Shown in pieces: positions 34,990-43,105 of a DNA stretch of 48,410 nt. The DNA is from an uncultured Erysipelotrichaceae bacterium. GTDB taxonomy: Bacteria > Bacillota_I > Bacilli_A > RFN20 > CAG-449. Within the stretch, counting starts at the first letter, position 1. Each line of letters starts with the position of its first letter. The position numbers were made by a program, and so were the translations under genes. The notes below the pieces were generated by a model. That model did no database searches, was not told the DNA's origin, and saw only the letters and a list, made by a program, of their open reading frames with translations. The stretch is taken from positions 1 through 48,410 of the forward strand of contig CAYVZF010000003.1 in the NCBI GenBank assembly GCA_964456095.1, written 5' to 3'.

Positions 34990-35049
34990 ATTCTACTTTG
35001 AGTAGAGTGAAAATATTGATATTCTACGGGCATATATTTGTTAGTAGAG
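34990..35049. promoter_or_regulatory. Cluster of ATTCTAC / GTAGAG half-sites (candidate operator array)
   Basis: ATTCTAC at 34990-34996 and 35021-35027. GTAGAG at 35002-35007 and 35043-35048. Located in the divergent intergenic region between 34943 (-) and 35127 (+). Confidence 0.45.
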
Positions 35050-35126
35050 ATTAAATTATATGAATGGAGAAAGTATTTTATTGCTTAATGATACAATACA
35101 AGTGTATTTAGAAGGGAGTTTTAAAT

Positions 35127-35531
35127 ATGCAAGTATATGAAATCAAAAATGATAATATTATTAAATTATATTCTTTATATTCAGAAAAAGGTTATTTTAA
35201 TAGTTTAGATGATTTTTCAAAAGATTTATTTAAGTTACAAAATAATCCAAATTCTTTTTTTAAAACATTAGTTATTGAAATTGATAATAAGATTGTTGCT
35301 TCTATTCAATACGGAAGAATGGAAGATGAAGGTATTATTAGATTGTTGCATTGTGATAACGATCATGGTAATAAATATATTAAAGAATTATTACTCAAAG
35401 CTACTTCATATTTTTATATGATTCATATTAATAAAATTAGAATTGATTCTTCTTTATGCGATAATTTTTTAGATAGTTTATATATCAAAGAAATACTTAA
35501 TAATTTTTCATTAAATAGTTTTATTAATTAG
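35127..35531 (+). CDS. Hypothetical protein, possibly a degenerate GNAT fold (134 aa)
   Basis: GGGAG SD. IVASIQYGRMEDEGIIRLLHCDNDHGNKYIKELLLKA loosely fits GNAT motif A. Function not supported. Confidence 0.45.
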   Translation: MQVYEIKNDNIIKLYSLYSEKGYFNSLDDFSKDLFKLQNNPNSFFKTLVIEIDNKIVASIQYGRMEDEGIIRLLHCDNDHGNKYIKELLLKATSYFYMIHINKIRIDSSLCDNFLDSLYIKEILNNFSLNSFIN

Positions 35532-35550
35532 ATAAAAAATGATGTGAATA

Positions 35551-35612
35551 AAAAAAATCCTCTAATTGTAATTAAATAAAAGTGTTAGTTACATATTATG
35601 GAGGATTTTTTT
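35551..35612. terminator. Bidirectional terminator (long hairpin)
   Basis: An A7 run, then ATCCTC ... GAGGAT, then a T7 run, with a partly self-paired loop of about 38 nt. Lies between convergent genes. Confidence 0.55.
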
Positions 35613-35625
35613 GTTTTTAAATATA

Positions 35626-36201
35626 TTATTTGATTGTATTTAATGCTCTAGTTTGTTTAGAAAGTGTATTAATAGTATATTCACTAATGCCGACTTCTTT
35701 TAATACTTTATTAATTAATTTTTCAGCATGTTTCATTGATTGTGCTTCCATTTCTAATTCAAAGTCGATGTGTCCATTATATTCATTTCTATCTAATGAT
35801 AATGTTGCATCTTCAATTTTGTAGTCGATTCTATCTGTTTCTAATTTTGCTAGAATGATTAGTTCATTGACATTAAATCCTAATGTTTCTAAAAAGTTTT
35901 TTATTTCACCATTAGGGAAAATACCTTTTTGTTCATATTTTTCATAATCTTTCCATGAAATAATTTGATTCTTTTCTAGTAATCCTTCACTCATAGGAGC
36001 TTTTAGTGTTAATTCGAAATCATCTTTTTCTCTTATTCTTAATGCTAAATCATTTTGCTTTAGTATTTGTTCTTTGCTATCAATATAATAGTTTGTTTGT
36101 TTTAATCTACGATATTTTTCTAAACCTAAATAATTTACAATTGATTCATATTGTTCTTCTGTAAGTAATACTTTTGCTTCAATTTCAATATTTGAATTCA
36201 T
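35626..36201 (-). CDS. CYTH-domain triphosphate tunnel metalloenzyme (YjbK-like)
   Basis: N-terminal EIEAKVLL (ExExK) signature, about 190 aa. Divergent from the NAD kinase gene, as in the Bacillus yjbK-ppnK region. Confidence 0.8.
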   Translation of the reverse strand: MNSNIEIEAKVLLTEEQYESIVNYLGLEKYRRLKQTNYYIDSKEQILKQNDLALRIREKDDFELTLKAPMSEGLLEKNQIISWKDYEKYEQKGIFPNGEIKNFLETLGFNVNELIILAKLETDRIDYKIEDATLSLDRNEYNGHIDFELEMEAQSMKHAEKLINKVLKEVGISEYTINTLSKQTRALNTIK

Positions 36202-36278
36202 AAATAAATTCTCCTTTAATTTTTACGAAGTTATGATACAATAAATATATAAAAATTTCCATAAAAGGAGACTAACTA

Positions 36279-37061
36279 ATGAAATATTTTATTTGTACTA
36301 GAAATGATGTTAATTCAAAAAAAATTGAAGAAAAACTTCATTCTGTTTTAAGTGAAAATGGTTTTGTTATTGATGAGTCTAATCCTCAAATAGTAATTTC
36401 TTTAGGTGGGGATGGCACTTTTTTACGTGCTATACATAAGTATATAACTATGCTTGATACTGTTTCTTTTATTGGTATTCATACTGGTAAACTGGGTTTC
36501 TTTTGTGAATTTACGAGAAATGAAGTTCAAGAATTAATAGATTCTTTACTTAATAAAACACCTACAATTGTTGAACATAGATTAATTGAGATTAAATATA
36601 ACGATGATGTTTATTATGGAATAAATGAAGTAAGAGTTGAAAATCCGTATAATACTATGATTTGTAATGTATATGTTGATAATTGTTTATTAGAAAATTT
36701 TAGAGGTAATGGACTTAATTTTTCAACTTCTATTGGTTCATCAGCGTATAATAGATCTCTTGGAGGGCCACTTGTAATGCCAAATAGTGAAAGAATTATT
36801 ATCGGGGAAGTGGCATCTATAAATCATAATGCATATCGTTCATTGAATTCATTTTTAGTTTTAGATGAAAATAATCAAATTAGATTGCAAGGTAATTTTA
36901 AAAGATGTTTAATTGGATATGATCATTTATTTGTAAATGTTGAATCTAATATTATTACAGATGAGATAGTTGTTAAATTGTCTAGTAAGAAAATAAGATT
37001 ACTTCATTATAAAAATGTTGATTATATATATAGATTAAGAAAGGCTTTTGTCGCGGATTAG
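36279..37061 (+). CDS. nadK: NAD kinase
   Basis: GGDGTFLRA, NEVRVE and TSIGSSAYNRSLGGP. Confidence 0.92.
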   Translation: MKYFICTRNDVNSKKIEEKLHSVLSENGFVIDESNPQIVISLGGDGTFLRAIHKYITMLDTVSFIGIHTGKLGFFCEFTRNEVQELIDSLLNKTPTIVEHRLIEIKYNDDVYYGINEVRVENPYNTMICNVYVDNCLLENFRGNGLNFSTSIGSSAYNRSLGGPLVMPNSERIIIGEVASINHNAYRSLNSFLVLDENNQIRLQGNFKRCLIGYDHLFVNVESNIITDEIVVKLSSKKIRLLHYKNVDYIYRLRKAFVAD

Positions 37062-37062
37062 T

Positions 37063-37425
37063 ATGGATAAGATATTTGATTTTGTAAAAAATAATGCGAT
37101 TGCTTGTATAGTATGTTTAGTAATATTAGTAGTATTAGTAGTTGTATTATTAATTGTTTTATTTCTATTAAAGAATAAAAATAGAAATAAGGAAGATAAA
37201 GGAATATGTGAAAATATTTTGCTATTTCTTGGTGGTAAGCAAAATATTTCATTTATTGAAGCAAAAGGATCTCGTTTAGTTGTATCTTTAATTAATAAAG
37301 AATTAATAAACGATGAAGAGTTAAAAAAACTTGGTGTAACTTCAATTTTAAAGATGAGTAATAAGATTACACTTGTTATTGGTAATATTTCTCAAAAAAT
37401 AGTAGAAGTATATAATAATCAATAA
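37063..37425 (+). CDS. Membrane-anchored PTS-EIIB(Glc)-like domain protein lacking the phospho-Cys
   Basis: N-terminal TM (ACIVCLVILVVLVVVLLIVLFLL), then ILLFLGGKQNISFIEAKGSRLVVSL...LKKLGV...ITLVIGN. This parallels the EIIB consensus xLGGxxNIxxxxxC(A/I)TRLR, but KG replaces the active-site Cys. Confidence 0.55.
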   Translation: MDKIFDFVKNNAIACIVCLVILVVLVVVLLIVLFLLKNKNRNKEDKGICENILLFLGGKQNISFIEAKGSRLVVSLINKELINDEELKKLGVTSILKMSNKITLVIGNISQKIVEVYNNQ

Positions 37426-37643
37426 TATTTATTATATGGATAATTCTGATATGGATATGTCGGAAAATTATAGTAATTATTAGGTAACTGAGGATATTGA
37501 TAGTAAGGATAAGGGGTATAAGTAGGTCTATTTATAGATGGTGCGATTAATCCACCTAAAAGTACGCCTCCTAAAAAAGGAAGAAGTACTCCAACTTGTC
37601 TATCATCATTTTCTTCTTTATAGAACGGATATAAATATTTCAT
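37419..37643 (-). CDS. Small Tyr/Pro-rich protein with a Gly-zipper hydrophobic segment (74 aa)
   Basis: GGGAGG SD 7 nt upstream of the ATG. VGVLLPFLGGVLLGGLIAP, followed by PTYTPYPYYQYPQLPNNYYNFPTYPYQNYPYNKYY. Its 3' end overlaps the convergent EIIB-like gene by 7 nt. Confidence 0.55.
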   Translation of the reverse strand: MKYLYPFYKEENDDRQVGVLLPFLGGVLLGGLIAPSINRPTYTPYPYYQYPQLPNNYYNFPTYPYQNYPYNKYY

Positions 37644-37684
37644 AAAAAAACCTCCCTTATATTTTATGGGAAGTTTTTTTTCGA

Positions 37685-38233
37685 TTATAGTTTTATGCCC
37701 AAGTTTATTAAATCTTTTTTTAAATCATCTATAGGTAAACCAATAATATTATTAATATCACCTGTAAATGATTTTACTAAATTATATTTTTTATCTTGAA
37801 TTCCATATGCTCCAGCTTTATCAAGTGGAGAACCAGTTTTAATGTATTCTTCAATTAATGAATTACTTAATTTATTAAATGTTACTTTTGATTCTATTTT
37901 TCTAGTTAAGCAAATATTTTTATTTTTATTATATATCGTGTAATAAGTTATAACAGAATGCGTGTTATTTGAAAGCATATTAAGCATTTGTTTTGCTTTT
38001 TTGTTATTATCTGGTTTTCCAAGAATTATATCATTAAAATAAACTAATGTATCTGCCGCTATAACTAGGGAATCTTGATAAATATCACCTATTTCTTTTG
38101 CCTTAACGATTGATAATTCTTCTTTTTTATATCCATTTTCATTAATTTGTGATGGGATAATATCAAAATTATTAATTATTCTATTTAGTAATTCTTTTCT
38201 ACGTGGAGATTTTGATGCTAGTATTATTCTCAT
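37685..38233 (-). CDS. maf: Maf-like nucleoside-triphosphate pyrophosphatase
   Basis: IILASKSPRRKELL, AADTLV and KAGAYGIQ. Confidence 0.9.
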   Translation of the reverse strand: MRIILASKSPRRKELLNRIINNFDIIPSQINENGYKKEELSIVKAKEIGDIYQDSLVIAADTLVYFNDIILGKPDNNKKAKQMLNMLSNNTHSVITYYTIYNKNKNICLTRKIESKVTFNKLSNSLIEEYIKTGSPLDKAGAYGIQDKKYNLVKSFTGDINNIIGLPIDDLKKDLINLGIKL

Positions 38234-39921
38234 TTTACATTCTTATTCATGATAAGAGGAATTACCATCGGTTTTCTTTTTGTTTTAGTATATATTGATT
38301 TTGCAACATTTGTTTTAATTGTGTTTTTTATTTCAGAAAATGTTGTTTTATTTTGTAAAAGTAAATTTAATTCCTCTAATAAATTCTCTTTAACATATGT
38401 TAACATTTTCATACATTTTTCATCCATATGCATAAATCCGCATGTTTCAATTATTGGTTCACTAAGTAAGGTATTTGTTCTTGAATCAAGTGTAATCATA
38501 ACTGCAATTAAACCTTCTGTTGAAAGTAGCTCTCTATCTTTAATAACTGCGAGAGAAAGCCCATTGATGTCTTTTCCATCTAAGAATATATCATCTGTTG
38601 GAAGTTTCCTTCCTTCTGTAATTTTATGTCGATTTAATAATAATGTATCACCATTACTTAATACAAATGTATTTTCTTTTGGAATGCCTAATGATGTAGC
38701 AAGCTCTGCATGCATTCTTAACATTCTATATTCACCGTGAACTGGCATAAAGTATTTAGGTTTTACTAATTTTAACATTAAACGTAATTCTTGCCTTGAT
38801 GGGTGACCTGATGCATGTAAATTTGCAAGTATTGTATTTGTCAATACATTCGCGCCTGCACGAGTTAATTGGTTAACAATTTTATTTACAGATGCTGTAT
38901 TTCCAGGAATTGGTGATGATGAAAAGACAACTGTATCTCCCGGTTGTATGCTTAATGCAGCATGCTCTCCATTTGCTATTCGTGATAAAGCCGCGAGTGG
39001 CTCACCTTGTGAACCAGTACAAATAATACATAAGTCACTACTTTTAACATTTTTAATGTTTTCAGGAGATAAAATTGCTGAATCAGGTATTGTTATATAT
39101 CCATATTCACGTGCTAGATTAATTGTCGACTCCATAGATCTACCTAAAATAACAATTTTTCTCTTGTATTTAATACAACCTTCAACTATTTGTTGTACAC
39201 GGCTTACATTACTTGAAAATGTAGAGATAATAAGTCTTCCAGGAGTTTTCGCAAATATTTCATTAATTGAAGAAATAACGCTTCTTTCTGATGGTGTAAA
39301 TCCTTCTCTTTCAACGTTTGTTGAATCCGATAACAATAAGTCGACACCTTCTTCGCCTAAACGAGCGATTTTGTTTAAAGAAATATCTTTTGAAACAGGT
39401 GTTAAATCGATTTTAAAATCACCAGTTGTCATAATTCTTCCTTGTTGTGTATCAACACATATTCCATAACAATCTGGTATAGAGTGAGTCATATGGAAGA
39501 ATTGAACAGTAAAATTATCTCTTATGTTAACAACCATTTCTTCATCGATTTCTACAATTTTAATTTTATCTCTTATATTACTTTTAGCTAATTTAGATCT
39601 AATTAATGCTGCAGCAAGTTTTGGAGCATAAATAACAGGAATGAATACATTTTGTAATAAAAATGGGATGCCTCCAATATGATCTTCGTGACCATGAGTT
39701 ATAAATAACGCTCTAATTTTGCTTCTAACATTTTTAAGATGTGTATAATCTGGAATAACATAATTTACTCCAAATATACTTTCTTCTGGGAACATTACTC
39801 CAGCATCAATTATTATTAAATCGTTTTCGTCTTCTATACAATAAGTATTTTTTCCGACCTCACCAAGACCACCTAATGCATAAATTTGCACAGGTGAATT
39901 AAGATAATAAACTTTTTCCAT
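38230..39921 (-). CDS. rnj: Ribonuclease J
   Basis: IYALGGLGEVGKN, the FITHGHEDHIGG metallo-beta-lactamase motif, beta-CASP, and a C-terminal domain. ATG 39921 is preceded by AAGGAG. The track TTG at 39972 sits at the predicted -10/TSS, just after the def terminator. Confidence 0.92.
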   Translation of the reverse strand: MEKVYYLNSPVQIYALGGLGEVGKNTYCIEDENDLIIIDAGVMFPEESIFGVNYVIPDYTHLKNVRSKIRALFITHGHEDHIGGIPFLLQNVFIPVIYAPKLAAALIRSKLAKSNIRDKIKIVEIDEEMVVNIRDNFTVQFFHMTHSIPDCYGICVDTQQGRIMTTGDFKIDLTPVSKDISLNKIARLGEEGVDLLLSDSTNVEREGFTPSERSVISSINEIFAKTPGRLIISTFSSNVSRVQQIVEGCIKYKRKIVILGRSMESTINLAREYGYITIPDSAILSPENIKNVKSSDLCIICTGSQGEPLAALSRIANGEHAALSIQPGDTVVFSSSPIPGNTASVNKIVNQLTRAGANVLTNTILANLHASGHPSRQELRLMLKLVKPKYFMPVHGEYRMLRMHAELATSLGIPKENTFVLSNGDTLLLNRHKITEGRKLPTDDIFLDGKDINGLSLAVIKDRELLSTEGLIAVMITLDSRTNTLLSEPIIETCGFMHMDEKCMKMLTYVKENLLEELNLLLQNKTTFSEIKNTIKTNVAKSIYTKTKRKPMVIPLIMNKNVK

Positions 39922-39981
39922 ATTAAATTTTGCTCCTTTACTTTTGGAATTATTTGTATTTGCTTTGTTCAATTGTAATTA

Positions 39982-40014
39982 TAAAGAAAAGTCTCCTAAA
40001 TTAAAAGGAGATTT
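39982..40014 (-). terminator. def terminator
   Basis: TCTCCT-AAATTAAA-AGGAGA hairpin, extended by A-T and G-T pairs. On the minus strand it is followed by a T-rich run, then a TATAAT (complement of 39977-39982) for rnj. Confidence 0.6.
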
Positions 40015-40046
40015 TATATTTATATTTATTATTTTATGCTTTACTC

Positions 40047-40589
40047 TTAGATTAATTCAGAATTCGATTTAATTTCAAAAGGATTCTTCTTATTAATCCT
40101 ATCATAATATAAAATTCCACTTAAATGATCTATTTCGTGTTGTAATACAATAGCTTCGTAGCCTTTAGCATTAAATGTAACATTTTCTTTTTTTATTGCA
40201 TCATATGCTTTGACTGTAATTTTATTGTAACGATAGACATATCCTTGTATATCATTTTTTACCGATAAACAACCTTCGCCAGATTTTATTGCGATTAATC
40301 TTGTTGAATTTGAAATTATTTTTGGATTAACTAATGCGTGTTTAATTTCTTTGTCATTTTCATCAATAAAATAGATAGCTATCATTTTTTTATTAACACC
40401 TATTTGAGGTGCTGCAAGACCAACTCCAGATCTTATATTATGTTTTTTAATATATTCTTCATCTTGTGATTTGATAATGTAATCAAGCATACTAAAAATA
40501 ATGTCTTCATCATTTTTTGAAAGTGGTGTGACTACATCTTGATTTTCTTTTCTTAGTTCCTTTTTTGAATCGTCTAATATTTTTAACAT
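40047..40589 (-). CDS. def: Peptide deformylase
   Basis: GVGLAAPQIG, EGCLS and QHEIDHL motifs. Confidence 0.95.
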   Translation of the reverse strand: MLKILDDSKKELRKENQDVVTPLSKNDEDIIFSMLDYIIKSQDEEYIKKHNIRSGVGLAAPQIGVNKKMIAIYFIDENDKEIKHALVNPKIISNSTRLIAIKSGEGCLSVKNDIQGYVYRYNKITVKAYDAIKKENVTFNAKGYEAIVLQHEIDHLSGILYYDRINKKNPFEIKSNSELI

Positions 40590-40688
40590 TTTTAAAACCT
40601 CAATAAATATACTATCAAAATTGTATTAATACTTCAAGATTGTAAAAATATAAAAAATGTTACTTGAATGTTATTTGAAAGAAGTAAA

Positions 40689-40725
40689 TACAACAATAAT
40701 TACAAATTATTAAATTGTTGTTTTT
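40689..40725 (+). terminator. Orphan plus-strand intrinsic-terminator-like hairpin
   Basis: Perfect 8-bp stem ACAACAAT / ATTGTTGT with a 16-nt loop and a following T6. Both neighbouring genes are on the minus strand. Confidence 0.4.
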
Positions 40726-40739
40726 TAAAAGATGATAAT

Positions 40740-40773
40740 AAAAAAGTACTTATAGTTAAACCATAAATACTTT
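40740..40773 (-). terminator. Terminator of the YjcZ-like gene
   Basis: AAGTACTTAT / ATAAATACTT stem (one mismatch). The A6 run at 40740-40745 reads as a T tract on the minus strand. Confidence 0.5.
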
Positions 40774-40797
40774 GATATGCATAGTAATAGGAACTTT

Positions 40798-40998
40798 TTA
40801 ACAAGAACAATAACACTTATTGTTACAGCCACAAGAATTAGAATTATTTGAACATGATCCGAAATTACCTGCACTTATTATAACTAAAAGGATAAATATT
40901 ACTAGAATAAAAGCAAATACTCCACCCCAGTTTCCTCCTGATTGTTGATAAGGATATGTATATCCTCCTTGTTGACAGCCATAATTTGTATAATACAT
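40798..40998 (-). CDS. YjcZ-like tiny-TM sporulation protein with a Cys-rich C-terminal tail (66 aa)
   Basis: The Gly/Tyr-rich N-terminus plus GGVFAFILVIFILLVIISAG matches the tiny-TM Bacillus-type family pattern. The tail is CSNNSNSCGCNNKCYCSC. GGAGG SD is 7 nt before ATG 40998. Confidence 0.65.
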   Translation of the reverse strand: MYYTNYGCQQGGYTYPYQQSGGNWGGVFAFILVIFILLVIISAGNFGSCSNNSNSCGCNNKCYCSC

Positions 40999-41018
40999 AT
41001 ACACACCTCCATTCATCT

Positions 41019-41045
41019 TATAATATGCAAATAAAAAAAATGTGT
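41019..41045 (-). promoter_or_regulatory. Candidate sigma-K-type mother-cell promoter
   Basis: On the minus strand: AC (41045-41044), 16-nt spacer, CATATTATA (41027-41019). This fits AC-N16-17-CATAnnnTA and sits just upstream of the SD of the YjcZ-like gene. Confidence 0.35.
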
Positions 41046-41102
41046 ATAAAAAAAGTTACTTTTATTTTTTTTAGCATACATTAAAATGGGTGAATATAAA
41101 TT

Positions 41103-41471
41103 ATGAATACTTTTGATGAGTTTAGAGAATTTGTTAAAAATAAGCCATTTTTAAAAGATAAAGTAAGAAATAAAGAATATTCATGGCAAGAACTATATGA
41201 AAGATATGATTTATATGGCCCTGATGATGAAGTTTTTAAAGAAGATGTGATTAATGAAGAAGAAAACAATAAAGAAAAAGAAAATAATGAAACTGAAGGA
41301 TTTTCTTCTATTTTAGGATTATTATCCGGACTTGATATGGATAAAATATCTGATAGCTTGTCGAGTATGAAAAAAGTTCTTAACATTTTAGCGGAAGTAA
41401 CAAAAAAAGAAGATGATACTTCTTTTTCTAAAAAAAATAAAAGTAGACCATATATGAAAGAAGATGATTAG
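41103..41471 (+). CDS. YlbD-like protein (putative coat protein family)
   Basis: FDEFREFVKNKPFLKDKVRNKEYSWQELYERYDLYGPDDEVF recalls the YlbD N-terminus. Positioned ahead of ylbE/ylbF/rsmD/coaD, as in Bacillus. Confidence 0.6.
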   Translation: MNTFDEFREFVKNKPFLKDKVRNKEYSWQELYERYDLYGPDDEVFKEDVINEEENNKEKENNETEGFSSILGLLSGLDMDKISDSLSSMKKVLNILAEVTKKEDDTSFSKKNKSRPYMKEDD

Positions 41472-41681
41472 ATGAGGGATGATTTATTAATGAAATTGGA
41501 AAAAGATGAAGATTATTTTTATTATTTAAGAGAAAATCCTAAATGGCATAAGATATTATGTAGAGATCCAGAAGAGTTTTCGTCTTTTTTAGAAGAATAC
41601 AAACTTAAAAGAAGAAAAAGATTAGTTGATAAAATAGATGATATCTCTATGATGATAACTCTTGCAAAAGAACTGATGTAG
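41472..41681 (+). CDS. YlbE-like protein
   Basis: YYLRENPKWHKILCRDPEEFSSFLEEYK recalls YlbE (xxLRxxPxWYRxLSRxP). Synteny supports the call. Confidence 0.6.
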   Translation: MRDDLLMKLEKDEDYFYYLRENPKWHKILCRDPEEFSSFLEEYKLKRRKRLVDKIDDISMMITLAKELM

Positions 41682-41734
41682 TAAATTATTGTTTTAAAAA
41701 AATTATAGTGTTAATATTTATGTGGTGATTCTAA

Positions 41735-42091
41735 ATGGATGCGTATCAAGAAGCTTTAATAAAAATGACAGAATTAATAAGAAATAGAAGTGAAATTGTT
41801 GAAATAAAGAAAGTTGAAGATGAAATATTTTCTAATAAAGATATACTTCCATTTATTATTAATTTTAACAAAATGCAAGAAGAGTATGATTTTGTTCTTA
41901 ATCATTTTAAAAATGATGAAGAAAAAGTAAATATTGCGAGAAAGAATTTGATTTATGCTAAAAGAAAAATGGATAAATTAGAGTTAATAAAAAAATATAA
42001 TGAATTGTATGAAATAATTATAAAGGAGACATTATATTTAGAAACAAAATTAAAAGAAATTATTAATGATGGAGATAATATAAAGTGTTAA
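41735..42091 (+). CDS. YlbF/YmcA-family (RicF-like) protein
   Basis: Helical 118-aa protein in the syntenic ylbF slot. Sequence similarity was judged by eye only. Confidence 0.5.
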   Translation: MDAYQEALIKMTELIRNRSEIVEIKKVEDEIFSNKDILPFIINFNKMQEEYDFVLNHFKNDEEKVNIARKNLIYAKRKMDKLELIKKYNELYEIIIKETLYLETKLKEIINDGDNIKC

Positions 42092-42651
42092 GAATCATTT
42101 CAGGGAAGTATAGACATTTAAAAATTGAAACACCTAATACAGATAAAACAAGACCCACTACTGATAGAGTAAGAGAAGCTTTGATGTCAGCGCTTGGTGA
42201 TAAATTAATAGGGGCATGTATTTTAGATTTATTCGCAGGTTCTGGAGCATTAGGACTTGAGTCATTATCAAGAGGTGCAAAAAACGCATACTTTATAGAT
42301 AAATCTAAAGACGCAATTAAAACTATTAAGATGAATCTTAATAATTTAAAAGAAAATAATGCATGTGTATTAATGCTATCTTATGATAAAGCACTTAATT
42401 ATTTTAAAGAAAAAAGTATTAAATTTGATATAGTTTTTTTAGATCCACCATATAAAATGAAAGAAGTATATAAAGAAGTTAGAAATAAACTTATTGAATA
42501 TTCATTATTACAGGATGGTGCAGTCATTGTAGAAGAATCTAATGAAAAGTTTATAGGAGAATATGGAGTATCTAAAGATTATAAATATGGCACAGTTCAT
42601 ATTCGTATTACAAAGGAGTTAATTTATGAAAATAGCAATCTATCCAGGTAG
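42085..42651 (+). CDS. rsmD: 16S rRNA (guanine966-N2)-methyltransferase
   Basis: RPTTDRVREALMS, LDLFAGSGALGLESLSRGA and the DPPY motif. GTG start overlaps the previous gene. Confidence 0.9.
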   Translation: MLRIISGKYRHLKIETPNTDKTRPTTDRVREALMSALGDKLIGACILDLFAGSGALGLESLSRGAKNAYFIDKSKDAIKTIKMNLNNLKENNACVLMLSYDKALNYFKEKSIKFDIVFLDPPYKMKEVYKEVRNKLIEYSLLQDGAVIVEESNEKFIGEYGVSKDYKYGTVHIRITKELIYENSNLSR

Positions 42652-43105
42652 TTTCGATCCAATTACTAATGGACATGTCGATATAGCAAAAAGAGCATTA
42701 AAATTATTTGATAAGTTATATATTTGTATAGCTAATAATCCAATGAAAAATTATTTTTTTAGTGTCGATGAAAGAATTTCATTAGTAAAAGAAACTTTTA
42801 AGGATTATAGCAATATTGAAGTTATATTTACAAATGATTTAATTATTAATGCTGCGAAAAAAGTCGGAGCAAACGCTATTATAAGAGGACTTCGTGCGGT
42901 TACTGATTTTGAGTTTGAGTTACAATTATCCGCGGGTAATAGTTATATTGATAATGATATTGAAACTGTTTTCTTTATGACTTCAACAGGACTTAGTTTT
43001 ATATCATCATCATCTGTTAAAGAATTTGCTAGCCATCACGTTGATGTTAGTAACTTAGTTCCATATTCTGTTAATAAGGCATTAATAGAAAAATATAAAA
43101 AATAA
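42626..43105 (+). CDS. coaD: Phosphopantetheine adenylyltransferase
   Basis: AIYPGSFDPITNGHVDI and IIRGLRAVTDFEFE. AAGGAG SD. Confidence 0.95.
   Translation: MKIAIYPGSFDPITNGHVDIAKRALKLFDKLYICIANNPMKNYFFSVDERISLVKETFKDYSNIEVIFTNDLIINAAKKVGANAIIRGLRAVTDFEFELQLSAGNSYIDNDIETVFFMTSTGLSFISSSSVKEFASHHVDVSNLVPYSVNKALIEKYKK

Noticed and set aside
37655-37663. CATAAAATA sigma-K-like -10 (minus strand) upstream of the Tyr/Pro-rich gene.
   Set aside because: There is no AC at the -35 position, and the element abuts the SD, so transcription would start inside or after the SD.
38249-39469. Plus-strand ORFs 38249..38740 and 38948..39469.
   Set aside because: Both lie antisense inside RNase J, which has clear HGHEDHIGG and beta-CASP motifs, so they are shadow ORFs. 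The same reasoning applies to 33447..34166 (+) inside pdxK, 34273..34527 (+) inside the XRE-TM gene, 35630..35824 (+), 44030..44260 (+), and the small internal polC, metK and spoIVA ORFs.
39922-39972. Upstream TTG start for rnj, as given in the track (580 aa).
   Set aside because: The TTG has no SD. It coincides with the predicted -10 (TATAAT, complement of 39977-39982) and TSS, directly after the def terminator. ATG 39921 has an AAGGAG SD and gives a typical RNase J length of about 563 aa.
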